Under the pieces are notes generated by a model that searched no databases, was not told the origin of the DNA, and saw only the letters and a list, made by a program, of their open reading frames with translations. Positions 9,426 to 18,434 of a DNA stretch of 48,158 bases are shown in pieces (within the stretch, counting starts at the first letter, position 1; each line of letters opens with the position of its first letter). The DNA comes from Candidatus Hydrogenedentota bacterium (GTDB lineage Bacteria > Hydrogenedentota > Hydrogenedentia > Hydrogenedentales > SLHB01). The translations under genes and the position numbers were made by a program. Location: positions 1 through 48,158 of the forward strand of contig JBKHFO010000002.1 of NCBI GenBank assembly GCA_046540175.1. Direction: 5' to 3'.

Positions 9426-10483
9426 TGGACAACAACAACCCCATGCACATGAGTTGTCCGCTGCCTCATGCGCCGAACGGGCAAATCACCTTGGCCCACG
9501 GCGGAGGCGGGTCGCTGATGCACGAGCTGGTCCAGAATGTGTTCTTCCGCACCTTGGACAACCCGAAGTTGGATGGCAGCTCGGACAGCGCCGTCTTTGA
9601 AATCAACGGTCAACGCCTCGCGTTCACGACGGACTCTTTCGTGGTGCAACCCCTCGAATTCCCCGGCGGCGACATCGGTAAGTTGGCCGTGTGCGGGACT
9701 ATCAACGACTTGGCCACATCGGGCGCCCGGCCGTTGTATTTGAGCCTGGGCATGATCCTTGAAGAAGGGCTCAGCGTCGCCCTGCTCCAGCGCATTGTCC
9801 AGACTATCGCGGACACAGCTAGGGACGCGGGGGTGGAAGTGGCCACGGGCGACACAAAGGTCATCGAACGCGGCAACGGCGACGGCGTGTTCATCAACAC
9901 GGCCGGGATTGGCGTCATCGAACACGATCTCACCCTCGGGCCGCGCCAGATTCAGCCCGGCGACGCCATCCTGGTCAACGGAAGCCTGGGGCGCCACGGC
10001 ATGGCCGTCATGGCGAAACGCGAAGGGCTCGCGTTCGAGAGCGCGCTCGAAAGCGACGTGGCCCCCTTGCACGGGCTTGTGCAAGCCCTGCTCGGCGCGG
10101 GCATCACGCTGCGTTGCGCGCGCGACCTCACCCGGGGCGGCTTGGCCAGCGCGCTCAACGAAATCGCCCAAACGGCGGGCAAAACCCTGCGCGTTTCCGA
10201 GCCGGCCGTCCCCGTCGACGCGGAAGTGCGCGACGCCTGCGAAATACTCGGCTTGGATCCCCTCTATGTGGCGAACGAGGGCCGCATGGCGTTCATCGTG
10301 CCCGGCGGGGAGGCGGCTCAGGCCATGGACGTGCTCACGGGCTGGGCGGACGCCGGCATGACGCCCGCCCACATCGGAACGGTGACGGACGAACCCCGCG
10401 CCCGCGTCTTGCTGGAAAACGCCTTCGGCTCCTCCCGCATCCTCGACCTGCTCAGCGGCGAACAGCTCCCGCGGATCTGCTGA
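9425..10483 (+). CDS. hypE: carbamoyl dehydratase HypE
   Basis: In-frame ATG at 9425 overlaps the hypD stop (TAATG). AIR-synthase-like fold motifs LAHGGGG and TTDSFVV; C-terminal PRIC with the terminal Cys. The track ORF start at 9245 lies inside hypD and is rejected. Confidence 0.95.
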   Translation: MDNNNPMHMSCPLPHAPNGQITLAHGGGGSLMHELVQNVFFRTLDNPKLDGSSDSAVFEINGQRLAFTTDSFVVQPLEFPGGDIGKLAVCGTINDLATSGARPLYLSLGMILEEGLSVALLQRIVQTIADTARDAGVEVATGDTKVIERGNGDGVFINTAGIGVIEHDLTLGPRQIQPGDAILVNGSLGRHGMAVMAKREGLAFESALESDVAPLHGLVQALLGAGITLRCARDLTRGGLASALNEIAQTAGKTLRVSEPAVPVDAEVRDACEILGLDPLYVANEGRMAFIVPGGEAAQAMDVLTGWADAGMTPAHIGTVTDEPRARVLLENAFGSSRILDLLSGEQLPRIC

Positions 10484-10497
10484 GCGGACAAGGAAAA

Positions 10498-10584
10498 GAA
10501 CCACGGATTGAACCAAGAATAACCACGGAGAGCACGGAGGACACGGAGTGGGCTTTCTCCGTGAACTCCGTGCTCTCCGTGGTT
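10498..10584. repeat. CACGGA-family repeat forming a long hairpin just downstream of hypE
   Basis: GAACCACGGATTGAACCA (10498-10515) is followed by a perfect 19-nt inverted repeat, AACCACGGAGAGCACGGAG (10521-10539) / CTCCGTGCTCTCCGTGGTT (10566-10584). An inner CACGGAG/CTCCGTG stem sits inside it. No T-tract follows. Confidence 0.65.
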
Positions 10585-10681
10585 CAGGACAAACGTTCCC
10601 AGCCACCCGAACGCGCATTTCGGTCAGGTCCCGGTCGATTTGCTACACTGAAGGTGGTTCATTATTGAGGAGGATACGCGT

Positions 10682-10930
10682 ATGAAAGAGTTGACATATA
10701 CCATCGTGCTCGAACCCGCCGAGGAAGGCGGTTACAACGTGTCTGTTCCCGCGCTGCCGGGCTGCTTCACTCAGGGCGAGACCTACGAAGAGGCGTTGGC
10801 CATGGCCGAGGACGCCATCAAGTTATGGCTTGAGACGCTGGCCGCGGACGGTCAACCAATCCCCCAAGAAGAATCGGCGCCAGAGGTGCGGTTGGCCCGC
10901 GTCCAGGTGGCGGCGCCTGCTAAAGAATGA
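10682..10930 (+). CDS. hicB: HicB-family antitoxin (type II TA)
   Basis: YTIVLEPAEEGGYNVSVPALPGCFTQGETYEEALAMAEDAIKLWLE is the classic HicB/UPF0150 N-terminal fold signature. Strong RBS GAGGAGG; ATGA overlap with the downstream hicA frame. Confidence 0.85.
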   Translation: MKELTYTIVLEPAEEGGYNVSVPALPGCFTQGETYEEALAMAEDAIKLWLETLAADGQPIPQEESAPEVRLARVQVAAPAKE

Positions 10931-11149
10931 GCCGGTTACCCGCGTTATCGGCGCAAGAGGCCGTGGCCGCGCTCAAGAAAGCCGGATATTCTCCAGCCAG
11001 ACAGAGCGGCAGCCACCTCACGCTGAAACAATCCTTCGCGGCCCACGGTGATTGTGCCGATGCACGGGGGCAGCCTGCATCGCGGTCTCTTGATGCGGAT
11101 CGTTAAGCAAGCCGGCTTTAGTACCGAGGAATTCTTGGAGTTGCTATAA
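10927..11149 (+). pseudogene. hicA: hicA mRNA-interferase toxin interrupted by a frameshift (or sequencing error)
   Basis: The frame from ATG 10927 gives MSRLPALSAQEAVAALKKAGYSPARQSGSHLTLKQSF, then runs into unrelated sequence and stops at 11104-11106. The +1 frame from ~11042 gives PTVIVPMHGGSLHRGLLMRIVKQAGFSTEEFLELL*, a typical HicA C-terminus ending at 11149. The frame shift lies near 11030-11045. Confidence 0.7.
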
Positions 11150-11225
11150 GGGTATAACCTCCCACAATCTTGCCTAAACCGTGGCCTTGGGGCCTTTCTG
11201 TATGTAGCTTGGCGGTTGGTGAGAT

Positions 11226-11264
11226 GAACCACGGGCAGTTTTTCCGTGGTTCAATCCGTGGTTC
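11226..11264. repeat. CACGGA-family hairpin; right arm of the 18-bp inverted repeat bracketing hicBA
   Basis: Hairpin GAACCACGG (11226-11234) / CCGTGGTTC (11244-11252). TGGTTCAATCCGTGGTTC (11247-11264) is the exact reverse complement of 10498-10515. Confidence 0.65.
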
Positions 11265-11275
11265 TGCGGTCACGA

Positions 11276-11549
11276 TTACAGGTAGGGGGTGAACAGGCGG
11301 GCGACTCCGTCCCGCAGTTTTAGGGGGAGAGGACGGTTCGCGAGTTCTTCCTTGGTCACTTGGCGGGCTTGGCGCAGCTTGTCGTCGATGTGCAGGTTCA
11401 GGGTTTGCGCGAGTTCGGCGTCGTAACACTCCACATTGAACTCAAAGTTCAAGCGAAGGCTGCGGGGATCCCAGTTGACCGAGCCCAACAGGGTCCAGGT
11501 GTCATCCACGATCATGAGCTTGGTGTGATCAAAGGGCGGCGGCGCGCGC
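11276..11549 (-). pseudogene. C-terminal remnant of a cardiolipin synthase / PLD-family gene (second HKD motif only)
   Basis: FDHTKLMIVDDTWTLLGSVNWDPRSLRLNFEFNVECYD...RLFTPYL matches the C-terminal HKD region of ClsB-type enzymes. Homology begins right after the stop of the upstream ARH gene. The first HKD motif and the N-terminal ~300+ aa are absent. Confidence 0.7.
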
Positions 11550-12503
11550 TTACTCCGTGGTATTCGCGCCGCCGGTGGCCAGCGTTTCGGCGAGTTCCAG
11601 GGCGTCCGTGGGCCAAAGGCGTTCTGGACGCGGCCGCTTGACGCGGGGATTGTCCGCGCTGGGCCGGCAGTTGAGCACCGCCTGCTCCCATTGCGTTGGG
11701 ATGGCCTCCCGCCCGTGGACCGAGCCGAGCAGCGCGCCGCAGATGGCCGCGTTGGTGTCGGTGTCACCGCCGCACATCACCGTGTCAACGACGCCGCTCT
11801 CCAGGTCCGGCGCATCGACGAGCCGCCAGAAGGCGTTGCGGAAAGCGATGAGCACCCAGCCTTGCCGGTCAAGGAAGTCCGGCGGCGGTCCGTCCGCGGC
11901 ATTGTCCACGGTCTCCCGCAATGCCGGTTCCACTTCCAACTCCGCCGCCCATTCGCGCACGCGATCATAGACTTCACGTGGTTCGGCGCCAGTGTGGACG
12001 GCGTGGGCGATCGCCATGGCGTACAACGCGTTGGCTTGGAGGCAAATAGGGTTGACGTGCGTGATTAAGGCATCCTGCCTTGCCCACTCGGCGGTTTGGA
12101 CAAGACCATGGCGCGCGCCGAATACGCCCAAGGGGCTCACGCGCATCAGCGCGCCGTTGCTTTGGCTTTCGGGATTTGGCTGACCGCGCAACGCCGCCGA
12201 GACCGTCATGCCGGCGTCAAACGGGCCGGACGCCAGCCACCATTCGTAGGCTTCCCGCGCTTTGGCGGGGTCATATCGCCCGTTCCCGGCGAGGCAGCGC
12301 GCCAGCAGCAGCGCCATCTCCGAATCGTCCGTGGGCTGCCCCGCCAGCGTGTTCCACATACCGCCATCGGCAAGTTCGCGCACACCCTCCGGGTAATCGC
12401 GCTGGATAGCGCCGGGCGATTGAAACTCGACAAGGCTGCCCAGCGAATCGCCCGCCAGTTGGCCCAGCAAACAGCCTTGCGCGCGGCTAATCAGCGTGGT
12501 CAT
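11550..12503 (-). CDS. ADP-ribosylglycohydrolase (ARH/DraG) family protein
   Basis: GCLLGQLAGDSLGSLVEF, PTDDSEMALLLA and GGDTDTNAAICGALLGSVHG motifs. ATG 12503 is preceded by GGAAGGAA. The longer track start at 12557 is a TTG. Confidence 0.9.
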   Translation of the reverse strand: MTTLISRAQGCLLGQLAGDSLGSLVEFQSPGAIQRDYPEGVRELADGGMWNTLAGQPTDDSEMALLLARCLAGNGRYDPAKAREAYEWWLASGPFDAGMTVSAALRGQPNPESQSNGALMRVSPLGVFGARHGLVQTAEWARQDALITHVNPICLQANALYAMAIAHAVHTGAEPREVYDRVREWAAELEVEPALRETVDNAADGPPPDFLDRQGWVLIAFRNAFWRLVDAPDLESGVVDTVMCGGDTDTNAAICGALLGSVHGREAIPTQWEQAVLNCRPSADNPRVKRPRPERLWPTDALELAETLATGGANTTE

Positions 12504-12537
12504 GGAGTAGTTCCTTCCGGCGGCATGGATGGTCCCT

Positions 12538-12741
12538 CTATCGAAGCCACTCTTCAATTTCGTTCACGGCATCCTCGAACGGAATCGCTTCATCCCCCGA
12601 TGATCTGGCCTCGTCGTGGGCGCGGATGGACTCCAATTCTTCCAATTCCGCCAAGAGTTTCTTGTATTCCTCGACATCAAGCAAGACCGCCGTCCGGCGG
12701 CCGTCTTGATCAACAAGAAAGCGTGGATGCAGAGAAATCAT
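12538..12741 (-). CDS. Phd/YefM-like type II antitoxin (orphan; no recognisable toxin partner)
   Basis: MISLHPRFLVDQDGRRTAVLLDVEEYKKLLAELEELESIRAHDEA...; a small acidic protein with antitoxin-typical architecture. GAGG lies 8 nt upstream of ATG 12741. An alternative start exists at 12771. Confidence 0.6.
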   Translation of the reverse strand: MISLHPRFLVDQDGRRTAVLLDVEEYKKLLAELEELESIRAHDEARSSGDEAIPFEDAVNEIEEWLR

Positions 12742-12897
12742 GACTTCTGCCTCGTTTGTGGGTTCGGACATCCACTGATCGGGATAACAGGAACGTAATG
12801 CGTCCCCGCCTCCGCTGACAGGCTCACGGCGGTGGGGACGCAATCCGATCCCGTATCGAATGTTGAAGAGCCGTACTAGGGACTTCTTCGCGTTGTC

Positions 12898-14211
12898 TCA
12901 GACGGTATCTGGCAGTTCGTAGCCCGCGCGGCGGGGGTAATCGAGGAAGTTGTTGGCCACTTCGCTATTCGTGAAGCGTTCCGCCTCGGGATCCCACGCG
13001 AGCCGTTCGCCGGTCTCCTGATTGATCTCGCTCACCCACCGGGCGATGTTGGCGAGGTGGCATACGCTGGCCGAGCGGTGTCCCGCTTCGACATGGGCGA
13101 CGGGATCCGTTCGATCGCGTATGCAATCCAGCCAGTTCTGGTAATGGTTGGTGCTGTGATAGACCTCGACCTCGGGATCCTCGGGAAGCGCCTCTGTCAA
13201 CTCGGGCGGATCGGCCTCAAACTGGTTACGCGCCATGGTGATGGAGCCTTCCTCGCCAATGAACCGCACCCCGCTCTCGCCCGGGCCGCCTTCAAACTCC
13301 ATGACGATGTCACCCGCGTAGCGCATGAGAACCTTCGGCGCGCGCGGGCCTTGATGCCGCCCGCCTGGATCCTCGGCGGTGCTATAGAACCGCACAAAGG
13401 GCTCGCCCTCCGTCCAGATCTCAATCGGGCCGCTATCGTCCATGCCCAAGCCCCACTGGGCCATGTCGAGGCCGTGACTGCCCCAATCGGTCATGTCCCC
13501 GCCCGAGAAGGGCCGCAGCGAAACCCAGCTTGGATTCTGGCCGTTGTCAAACACACTCATGTTAAAGGGATACAATTCGACCGGACCGCACCACGTGTCC
13601 CAATTCAGGTACTCCGGAATGGGCTCGGCCGGTTGGGCGAACTCCATGGGGCTATGGTAATTCTGGGCCAAGACACGCGTCACCTTGCCGATGGACCCGT
13701 TGCGGACATGCATGCACGCCTCGTATTCGCGTTGCCCCGAACGTTGTTGGCTGCCCGTTTGGAACACGCGCTCGTACTTCTTCACTGCTTCGGCCATCAA
13801 CCGCCCTTCGGGGATAGTCAGGGAGGCGCATTTCTCGCAATAGATGTCCTTCCCGGCCTGCGCCGCGTGGATCGTGTTCAGGGCGTGCCATTGAAGGGGC
13901 GTCGCCACGATCACGGCGTCAATGTCGTCGCGATCCAAGACCTCCCGGTAATCTTCATACACCTCCGCGTCGACATCAGCCGCCACGGCTTCCGCGGCGT
14001 TGCGGTCCACGTCGGCGATGACCGCCACGTCGGCGCCGTCCATTCCGTTAAACCGCCTGGCGTGTCCGCTGCCCATGTTCCCCACGCCAAAGCTAGCGAT
14101 GACGATGCGATCATTGGCGCCGAACACCGTGCTCTTCGCCATGGTCCCCGCCACGACCGCGGCCGCGGCGCTGCTTCCCAAGAATTGCCTTCGTGTTACT
14201 TTGCCCACCAT
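12898..14211 (-). CDS. Gfo/Idh/MocA-family oxidoreductase with Tat signal peptide
   Basis: Twin-arginine leader VTRRQFLGSSAAAAVVAG and an N-terminal Rossmann segment (IASFGVGNMG); 437 aa. Confidence 0.9.
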   Translation of the reverse strand: MVGKVTRRQFLGSSAAAAVVAGTMAKSTVFGANDRIVIASFGVGNMGSGHARRFNGMDGADVAVIADVDRNAAEAVAADVDAEVYEDYREVLDRDDIDAVIVATPLQWHALNTIHAAQAGKDIYCEKCASLTIPEGRLMAEAVKKYERVFQTGSQQRSGQREYEACMHVRNGSIGKVTRVLAQNYHSPMEFAQPAEPIPEYLNWDTWCGPVELYPFNMSVFDNGQNPSWVSLRPFSGGDMTDWGSHGLDMAQWGLGMDDSGPIEIWTEGEPFVRFYSTAEDPGGRHQGPRAPKVLMRYAGDIVMEFEGGPGESGVRFIGEEGSITMARNQFEADPPELTEALPEDPEVEVYHSTNHYQNWLDCIRDRTDPVAHVEAGHRSASVCHLANIARWVSEINQETGERLAWDPEAERFTNSEVANNFLDYPRRAGYELPDTV

Positions 14212-14362
14212 AACAACTCTCCTCTACGTGAACCTTGTTTCGCGGACGTGCAGCACGCTGACAGAGGAATACTCCTCTCGCCTCTTTCGCGTCTGCGTAT
14301 AGATTATCCTCGTTTGGTATCCACCCGCCGGCGCGGCGCCCAGGCGCCCGTGGTCAACTCGC

Positions 14363-14405
14363 GCCCCGGACCGCATAACTGAAACGGTCCGGGGCTTCGC
14401 TTTTC
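14363..14405. terminator. GC-rich hairpin between two minus-strand genes (terminator-like)
   Basis: Perfect 11-bp stem GCCCCGGACCG (14363-14373) / CGGTCCGGGGC (14385-14395). The T-rich run TTCGCTTTTC lies on the plus-strand side only, so the orientation does not suit the flanking minus-strand genes well. Confidence 0.35.
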
Positions 14406-14442
14406 ACCTGTCACGATACCTTTTAGCGCACAGGGCGATCAA

Positions 14443-15528
14443 TCAGCCACCGCTAATGTATGGCATAAGCAAGTGGGCTTGCGTGCCCATGGCGTGGGGA
14501 TGTTCCGATTCGTTCAACCACTCAATCGGATAGCCTTCGTTGTAGCGGACGAAGCGGACATGGCCGTCCATGTACAGCACGCTGGACCCGCCGGGGACGT
14601 GGTTGAAGTTGGCGATGCTGGCGGCGTCGCGCCCCCACGCTCCATGCCCTTCCGCCTGCGCCTTCTCGCCAGGGCTCCAGGAGTCGAACATCACAGCGAT
14701 GCTGCTCTGGGCTTCGGCGCCGGCGGCAGGGTTATTGATGTCGGTGATAAAGAATCGCTCAATGCCCTCGCGCAACCGGGGATAGCTCATCGGAAGCATG
14801 GAACCATCGTCGTCCAGATAGTAGGTGCTCGTGTCGATTCCGCCGCTATACGAAATCGTGTAGGGGCGCTGCGGGATGTTGATGTCCATCATTCCTCGGG
14901 GACTAAACTCAACGCGGAGCCATTCCTCGGGCGCGCCGTACTCCTGAACGTTGCCGTAGTTCTCCTGTACGATGTCTTGTCCCCAATTGGTGCCCCAGCG
15001 TTGCGAGAGGACGATCAGATACAGCGCATCCATCATCTGAGACGTGGTCCGCGTGGCGTAACCGGGGTAAACGTACGACACGGGGTGGGACAGGAAGGCG
15101 GCCTGGACCATTTTGGCCACGTGGTGGTCTTGCAGGTCCCTTTGTTGTTGAAACTGGATTATGTCGCGGAATTGCTCGCTCAAATCCTCTTCCAGTCCCA
15201 CATCGTGGGCCGTGCGGGGGTCGGAGGGGCAAATCTTCAGGTTGATGTCGGTCCAGTAATCCGGGTACAAGTGCTCGCCCGCGAAGCCCGCTGAGGTGCC
15301 TGTCGTTATTCGGGCGTTCTGCTGAGGCGGAAAATACTCGCCCTTCGTTTCGTTGGCATACATCTTGAAGATTTGACCGAACTGGCGCAGATTGTTGGCG
15401 CAACTTGCCCGCCGCGCGGCCTCCCGCGCACGGGCCAACGCCGGCAGCAAAATCGCCGCCAGGATGCCGATGATGGCGATTACCACCAACAGCTCGATCA
15501 AGGTGAAACCGTTCTTTCTTGTGCGCAT
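14443..15528 (-). CDS. DUF1559 / prepilin-type N-terminal cleavage-methylation domain protein (H-X9-DG type)
   Basis: [47 protein letters not shown], with C-terminal [15 protein letters not shown] 15528 is preceded by AAGGAAGAAG. Confidence 0.9.
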   Translation of the reverse strand: MRTRKNGFTLIELLVVIAIIGILAAILLPALARAREAARRASCANNLRQFGQIFKMYANETKGEYFPPQQNARITTGTSAGFAGEHLYPDYWTDINLKICPSDPRTAHDVGLEEDLSEQFRDIIQFQQQRDLQDHHVAKMVQAAFLSHPVSYVYPGYATRTTSQMMDALYLIVLSQRWGTNWGQDIVQENYGNVQEYGAPEEWLRVEFSPRGMMDINIPQRPYTISYSGGIDTSTYYLDDDGSMLPMSYPRLREGIERFFITDINNPAAGAEAQSSIAVMFDSWSPGEKAQAEGHGAWGRDAASIANFNHVPGGSSVLYMDGHVRFVRYNEGYPIEWLNESEHPHAMGTQAHLLMPYISGG

Positions 15529-15952
15529 TGTCTTCTTCCTTATTGGGTTAATCTGAGTCGTGGACAACCAAAGGGTCTATGCTTCAGGTGCACAAAACAA
15601 TGGGGCGCGAACCCTTACAATGCGCGTAGCGAATCTCCCTAGACTTATAAGAGCTTAACTTGATTTAGGAATATACTATATCATTAATGTAAGTATGTCA
15701 ATACCCATTTTTGTCAGTCTAGTACTGTGACTACATGGCTCTGTCCCCGGCGCCTTTCCATATTAATAAGGTCCCAAGCGCTTGATTTGAATGCCGCAGG
15801 GCGATGGATAAAAGACAGCTCGAGTTGGCCATCGGCTCGTCCATTCGGGTAGGGGAAGGGCGCGAACAAAGCCGTCCCGCCGAAGCCGCGCCATGCGAGG
15901 CGGATTCGGCGGGACGGGTGTTGAAACACGTCCAGTATTTCGGATGCTTGTG

Positions 15953-17152
15953 CTACGGGAGCGGCGTGTTGGGTTCGACAGCGTCCTCTGGATACGGGTT
16001 ATCTGGGCCGAACACGAGCATTTCTTCGCGGCTTTCGATCGTCACGAAGGACTCGTCGACCCGGTTGTGCTCGTCATCCGCCCATGGCGCTTCGCCGTCC
16101 AAGCCCAGGTGCTGGATGAAGAACGGATAGGCCGCCATGCGTTTGGACGGACCGTAGTCGTGGCCTTCGTTGGGGAAGTGGGCGTTGTGGACTTTGTCCG
16201 TGGCATCGTACAGGCTGTAGACGTACTGGATGTAGGGGAACTCGGTCTCCGGCATGAACTCCGTCCAGTCGTTGCCGTTGGAGAGCAGGAGCTGGGGCCG
16301 GGGCGCGGTCAGGGCGGCTATCTCGGCATTGTTGGTCTTGTGGTTAGGGCCCCAATGAATGGGCATGCCGCTTTCGCACACGCATCCGCCGAAGAAATGG
16401 GCCGAGACCTGACAACTGGGCACGGCCACCTTTACACGGTCATCAATGGCCGACAAGATGAAGGTTTGAGACGCTCCGCCGGAATTGCCCGTCATGCCGA
16501 TGCGCTCGGTGTCCACATCGTCCATGGAATGAAGGTAATCCATGCAGCGGATGCTGTTCCACGTTGTCAGGCGGAGCACCTCGGGGATATCCCGGTGGCC
16601 CCAGCCGGCTTCCTCGGAGTCGCCGTAGCCCGGCATGTCGTAATGGAAGACCACCGCGCCCATGCGGGCGAGCACCGCGCACCGGATTTGCCTCGACGCC
16701 CGGAACCGGCCGCCGTGACCGTGCGCCGACAGGATGCCGGCATAGGGCGGCTCCAACTCCGTCGGGCGGTAGAGGGTGCCAGTCACGTAGAAACCGGGCC
16801 AACTCTCGATGGCGGCGCTTTCGGCCGTGTAGCCGTCGTAGGTTCGCTTGTTGAAGTATTGGGGGTTGAGCGGAGTCTTCTCGGGCATGGGGTCCAGCTT
16901 CGCGCCTTCAAGTATGCCCTGCTGGATGCGGCCCTTGCGCTCTTCCCATTCCTCCAAGGTCGAGAAACTCGCGCGAAACTCCTCGAGTTCCCGCTCGGCT
17001 TCCTCGGGCGTTTGGGCGTGCCCCACGCGGAGTTGAGGGCCTTCCTCGTCATCAGCCAACGCCGCCCCGAAACCATGCAACGGCCCGGCCACTGCGGCGC
17101 CCGCCGCCATGCTTCCCGCTGTTTTCAAGAACTCCCTGCGTGTCTTTCGCAT
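15953..17152 (-). CDS. secreted alpha/beta hydrolase (acetyl-xylan-esterase / dienelactone-hydrolase-like), Tat signal
   Basis: [23 protein letters not shown] leader and nucleophile elbow MTGNSGG. Paralogous to 19852-21903. The track start at 17185 is also possible. Confidence 0.8.
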   Translation of the reverse strand: MRKTRREFLKTAGSMAAGAAVAGPLHGFGAALADDEEGPQLRVGHAQTPEEAERELEEFRASFSTLEEWEERKGRIQQGILEGAKLDPMPEKTPLNPQYFNKRTYDGYTAESAAIESWPGFYVTGTLYRPTELEPPYAGILSAHGHGGRFRASRQIRCAVLARMGAVVFHYDMPGYGDSEEAGWGHRDIPEVLRLTTWNSIRCMDYLHSMDDVDTERIGMTGNSGGASQTFILSAIDDRVKVAVPSCQVSAHFFGGCVCESGMPIHWGPNHKTNNAEIAALTAPRPQLLLSNGNDWTEFMPETEFPYIQYVYSLYDATDKVHNAHFPNEGHDYGPSKRMAAYPFFIQHLGLDGEAPWADDEHNRVDESFVTIESREEMLVFGPDNPYPEDAVEPNTPLP

Positions 17153-17396
17153 CGCTTCCGTTTCCTTTTTGTTCGGGACGTCCATCCCTCCTCAAGCAGC
17201 CCGCCAGCTAACGGCCTGAATCATGGAGCCGCCATCCCATTTTGACAGGCCTCCATTATTGCCGCAACGGCGTCCCCAAAAGCCTGCTTCATGTTGACCA
17301 TGCTACCTCTTTGGCACAACTTTCGGAAGGTGTCCTTTCCAAGCCTTGTCCGATGAAAGCCATCATGGCGTCCATGATGTTGGTTGATACGCGCTC

Positions 17397-18434
17397 CTAT
17401 CGCTTACGGCCCTTCGTTGCCGCCCGTACCCCGGATCTCGGTTGCTCGTGAGCATGTATTTCCTTCTCTATACGTTCCGCCAGGTCCTTGAAGTCCCCGC
17501 CCGCATGCCGGGCCGCGCTAAGGTGAGAGCCGATAGCGCCATCGGCGCTTCTGAGATGAAACATGGGCTTACGGTTTTCGTGCGCCATGGCCATGAGGCT
17601 GCGGTAGTGCTTGAGCAAAGCCAGGCATTGGGGGTCGTCATTCACGCTGTAGCCGGCGTCTTCTTCCTCTCCGAGCACGTCTTGATGAAACGCGGAAGGA
17701 ATACGCTCGATCCAGCGCTCGTACGAGCGGACGGGCCGGTCCAGACGAATAGAATGCTGCATGACAATGTAGCCCAACGGATGCATCTGGCCAAGTGGCA
17801 GGGAGAGATCTGGCGCCCGGCATTCCTCAAGGCATCGCTTCCACCGGCTTCTCCATTTCCTCAAGCGAGGCCCGAGGTTGTGCAAGCCCTGCAGTGAAAA
17901 AAGATCCGCTTCGAGAGGGACCACCACATAGTCGGTGGCGAGCAGCGCCGCCCTGTTGATGGCGCCCAGGTTCGGGCCGAGATCAAGTAGAATGAGTTCG
18001 GCATCGTGGCGTTCGCCGGCAGCTTGTACGATGCGCCAAAACGCGGATGTAACTCGAAAGGCCCGTTCCTCGCCGCCCAGGCATTTGGGCCAGGCCTCCG
18101 ATAACTGATCCTCGTACTCAGATAGACTCAGATCGCCAACAACCAACGCCAACTCGGAATCAAAGATCTCTAGCGTGGGAACATTGATATCTCCCTTTCC
18201 GGTCATGATAGGCTCAACAGATCGATAAATAGTCTGAAACGAGCTACCCCCAGCCCATATCTCTTCCAAACGATCTTCCTCGAGAAAAGAAGAGGTCAGA
18301 TTGGCTTGAGGGTCTAGATCCGCAGCGACAATCCGCTTGCCCGTATCCGCATACATCCAAGCGAGATGATAAACCAACGTGGTCTTACCCACGCCTCCCT
18401 TGTTGTTAAAGAATCCAACAGTTGTAATGCTCAT
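17397..18434 (-). CDS. ParA/MinD-superfamily P-loop ATPase (345 aa)
   Basis: Deviant Walker A FFNNKGGVGKTTLVYHLA and DLDPQANLT; C-terminal third is longer than in canonical ParA. The start codon overlaps the upstream gene's stop (ATGA at 18431-18434). Confidence 0.85.
   Translation of the reverse strand: MSITTVGFFNNKGGVGKTTLVYHLAWMYADTGKRIVAADLDPQANLTSSFLEEDRLEEIWAGGSSFQTIYRSVEPIMTGKGDINVPTLEIFDSELALVVGDLSLSEYEDQLSEAWPKCLGGEERAFRVTSAFWRIVQAAGERHDAELILLDLGPNLGAINRAALLATDYVVVPLEADLFSLQGLHNLGPRLRKWRSRWKRCLEECRAPDLSLPLGQMHPLGYIVMQHSIRLDRPVRSYERWIERIPSAFHQDVLGEEEDAGYSVNDDPQCLALLKHYRSLMAMAHENRKPMFHLRSADGAIGSHLSAARHAGGDFKDLAERIEKEIHAHEQPRSGVRAATKGRKR

Noticed and set aside
11247-11264. tRNA T-loop-like GGTTCAATCC.
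   Set aside because: The flanking segments are direct repeats rather than complementary, and no acceptor or anticodon arms are present. It belongs to the CACGGA repeat family.
11550-11767. The upstream part of the 163-aa ORF 11276-11767(-), treated as a real gene start.
   Set aside because: This part overlaps the 3' end of the ARH gene in another frame and is Arg/Pro/Ser-rich nonsense. Only the distal ~85 codons resemble a PLD/Cls C-terminus, so I call it a remnant.
12504-12557. The longer ARH start at 12557, which would overlap the antitoxin stop by 20 nt in TA-like translational coupling.
   Set aside because: The codon at 12557 is TTG with no RBS. ATG 12503 has a GGAAGGAA Shine-Dalgarno, and the conserved ARH N-terminus begins there.
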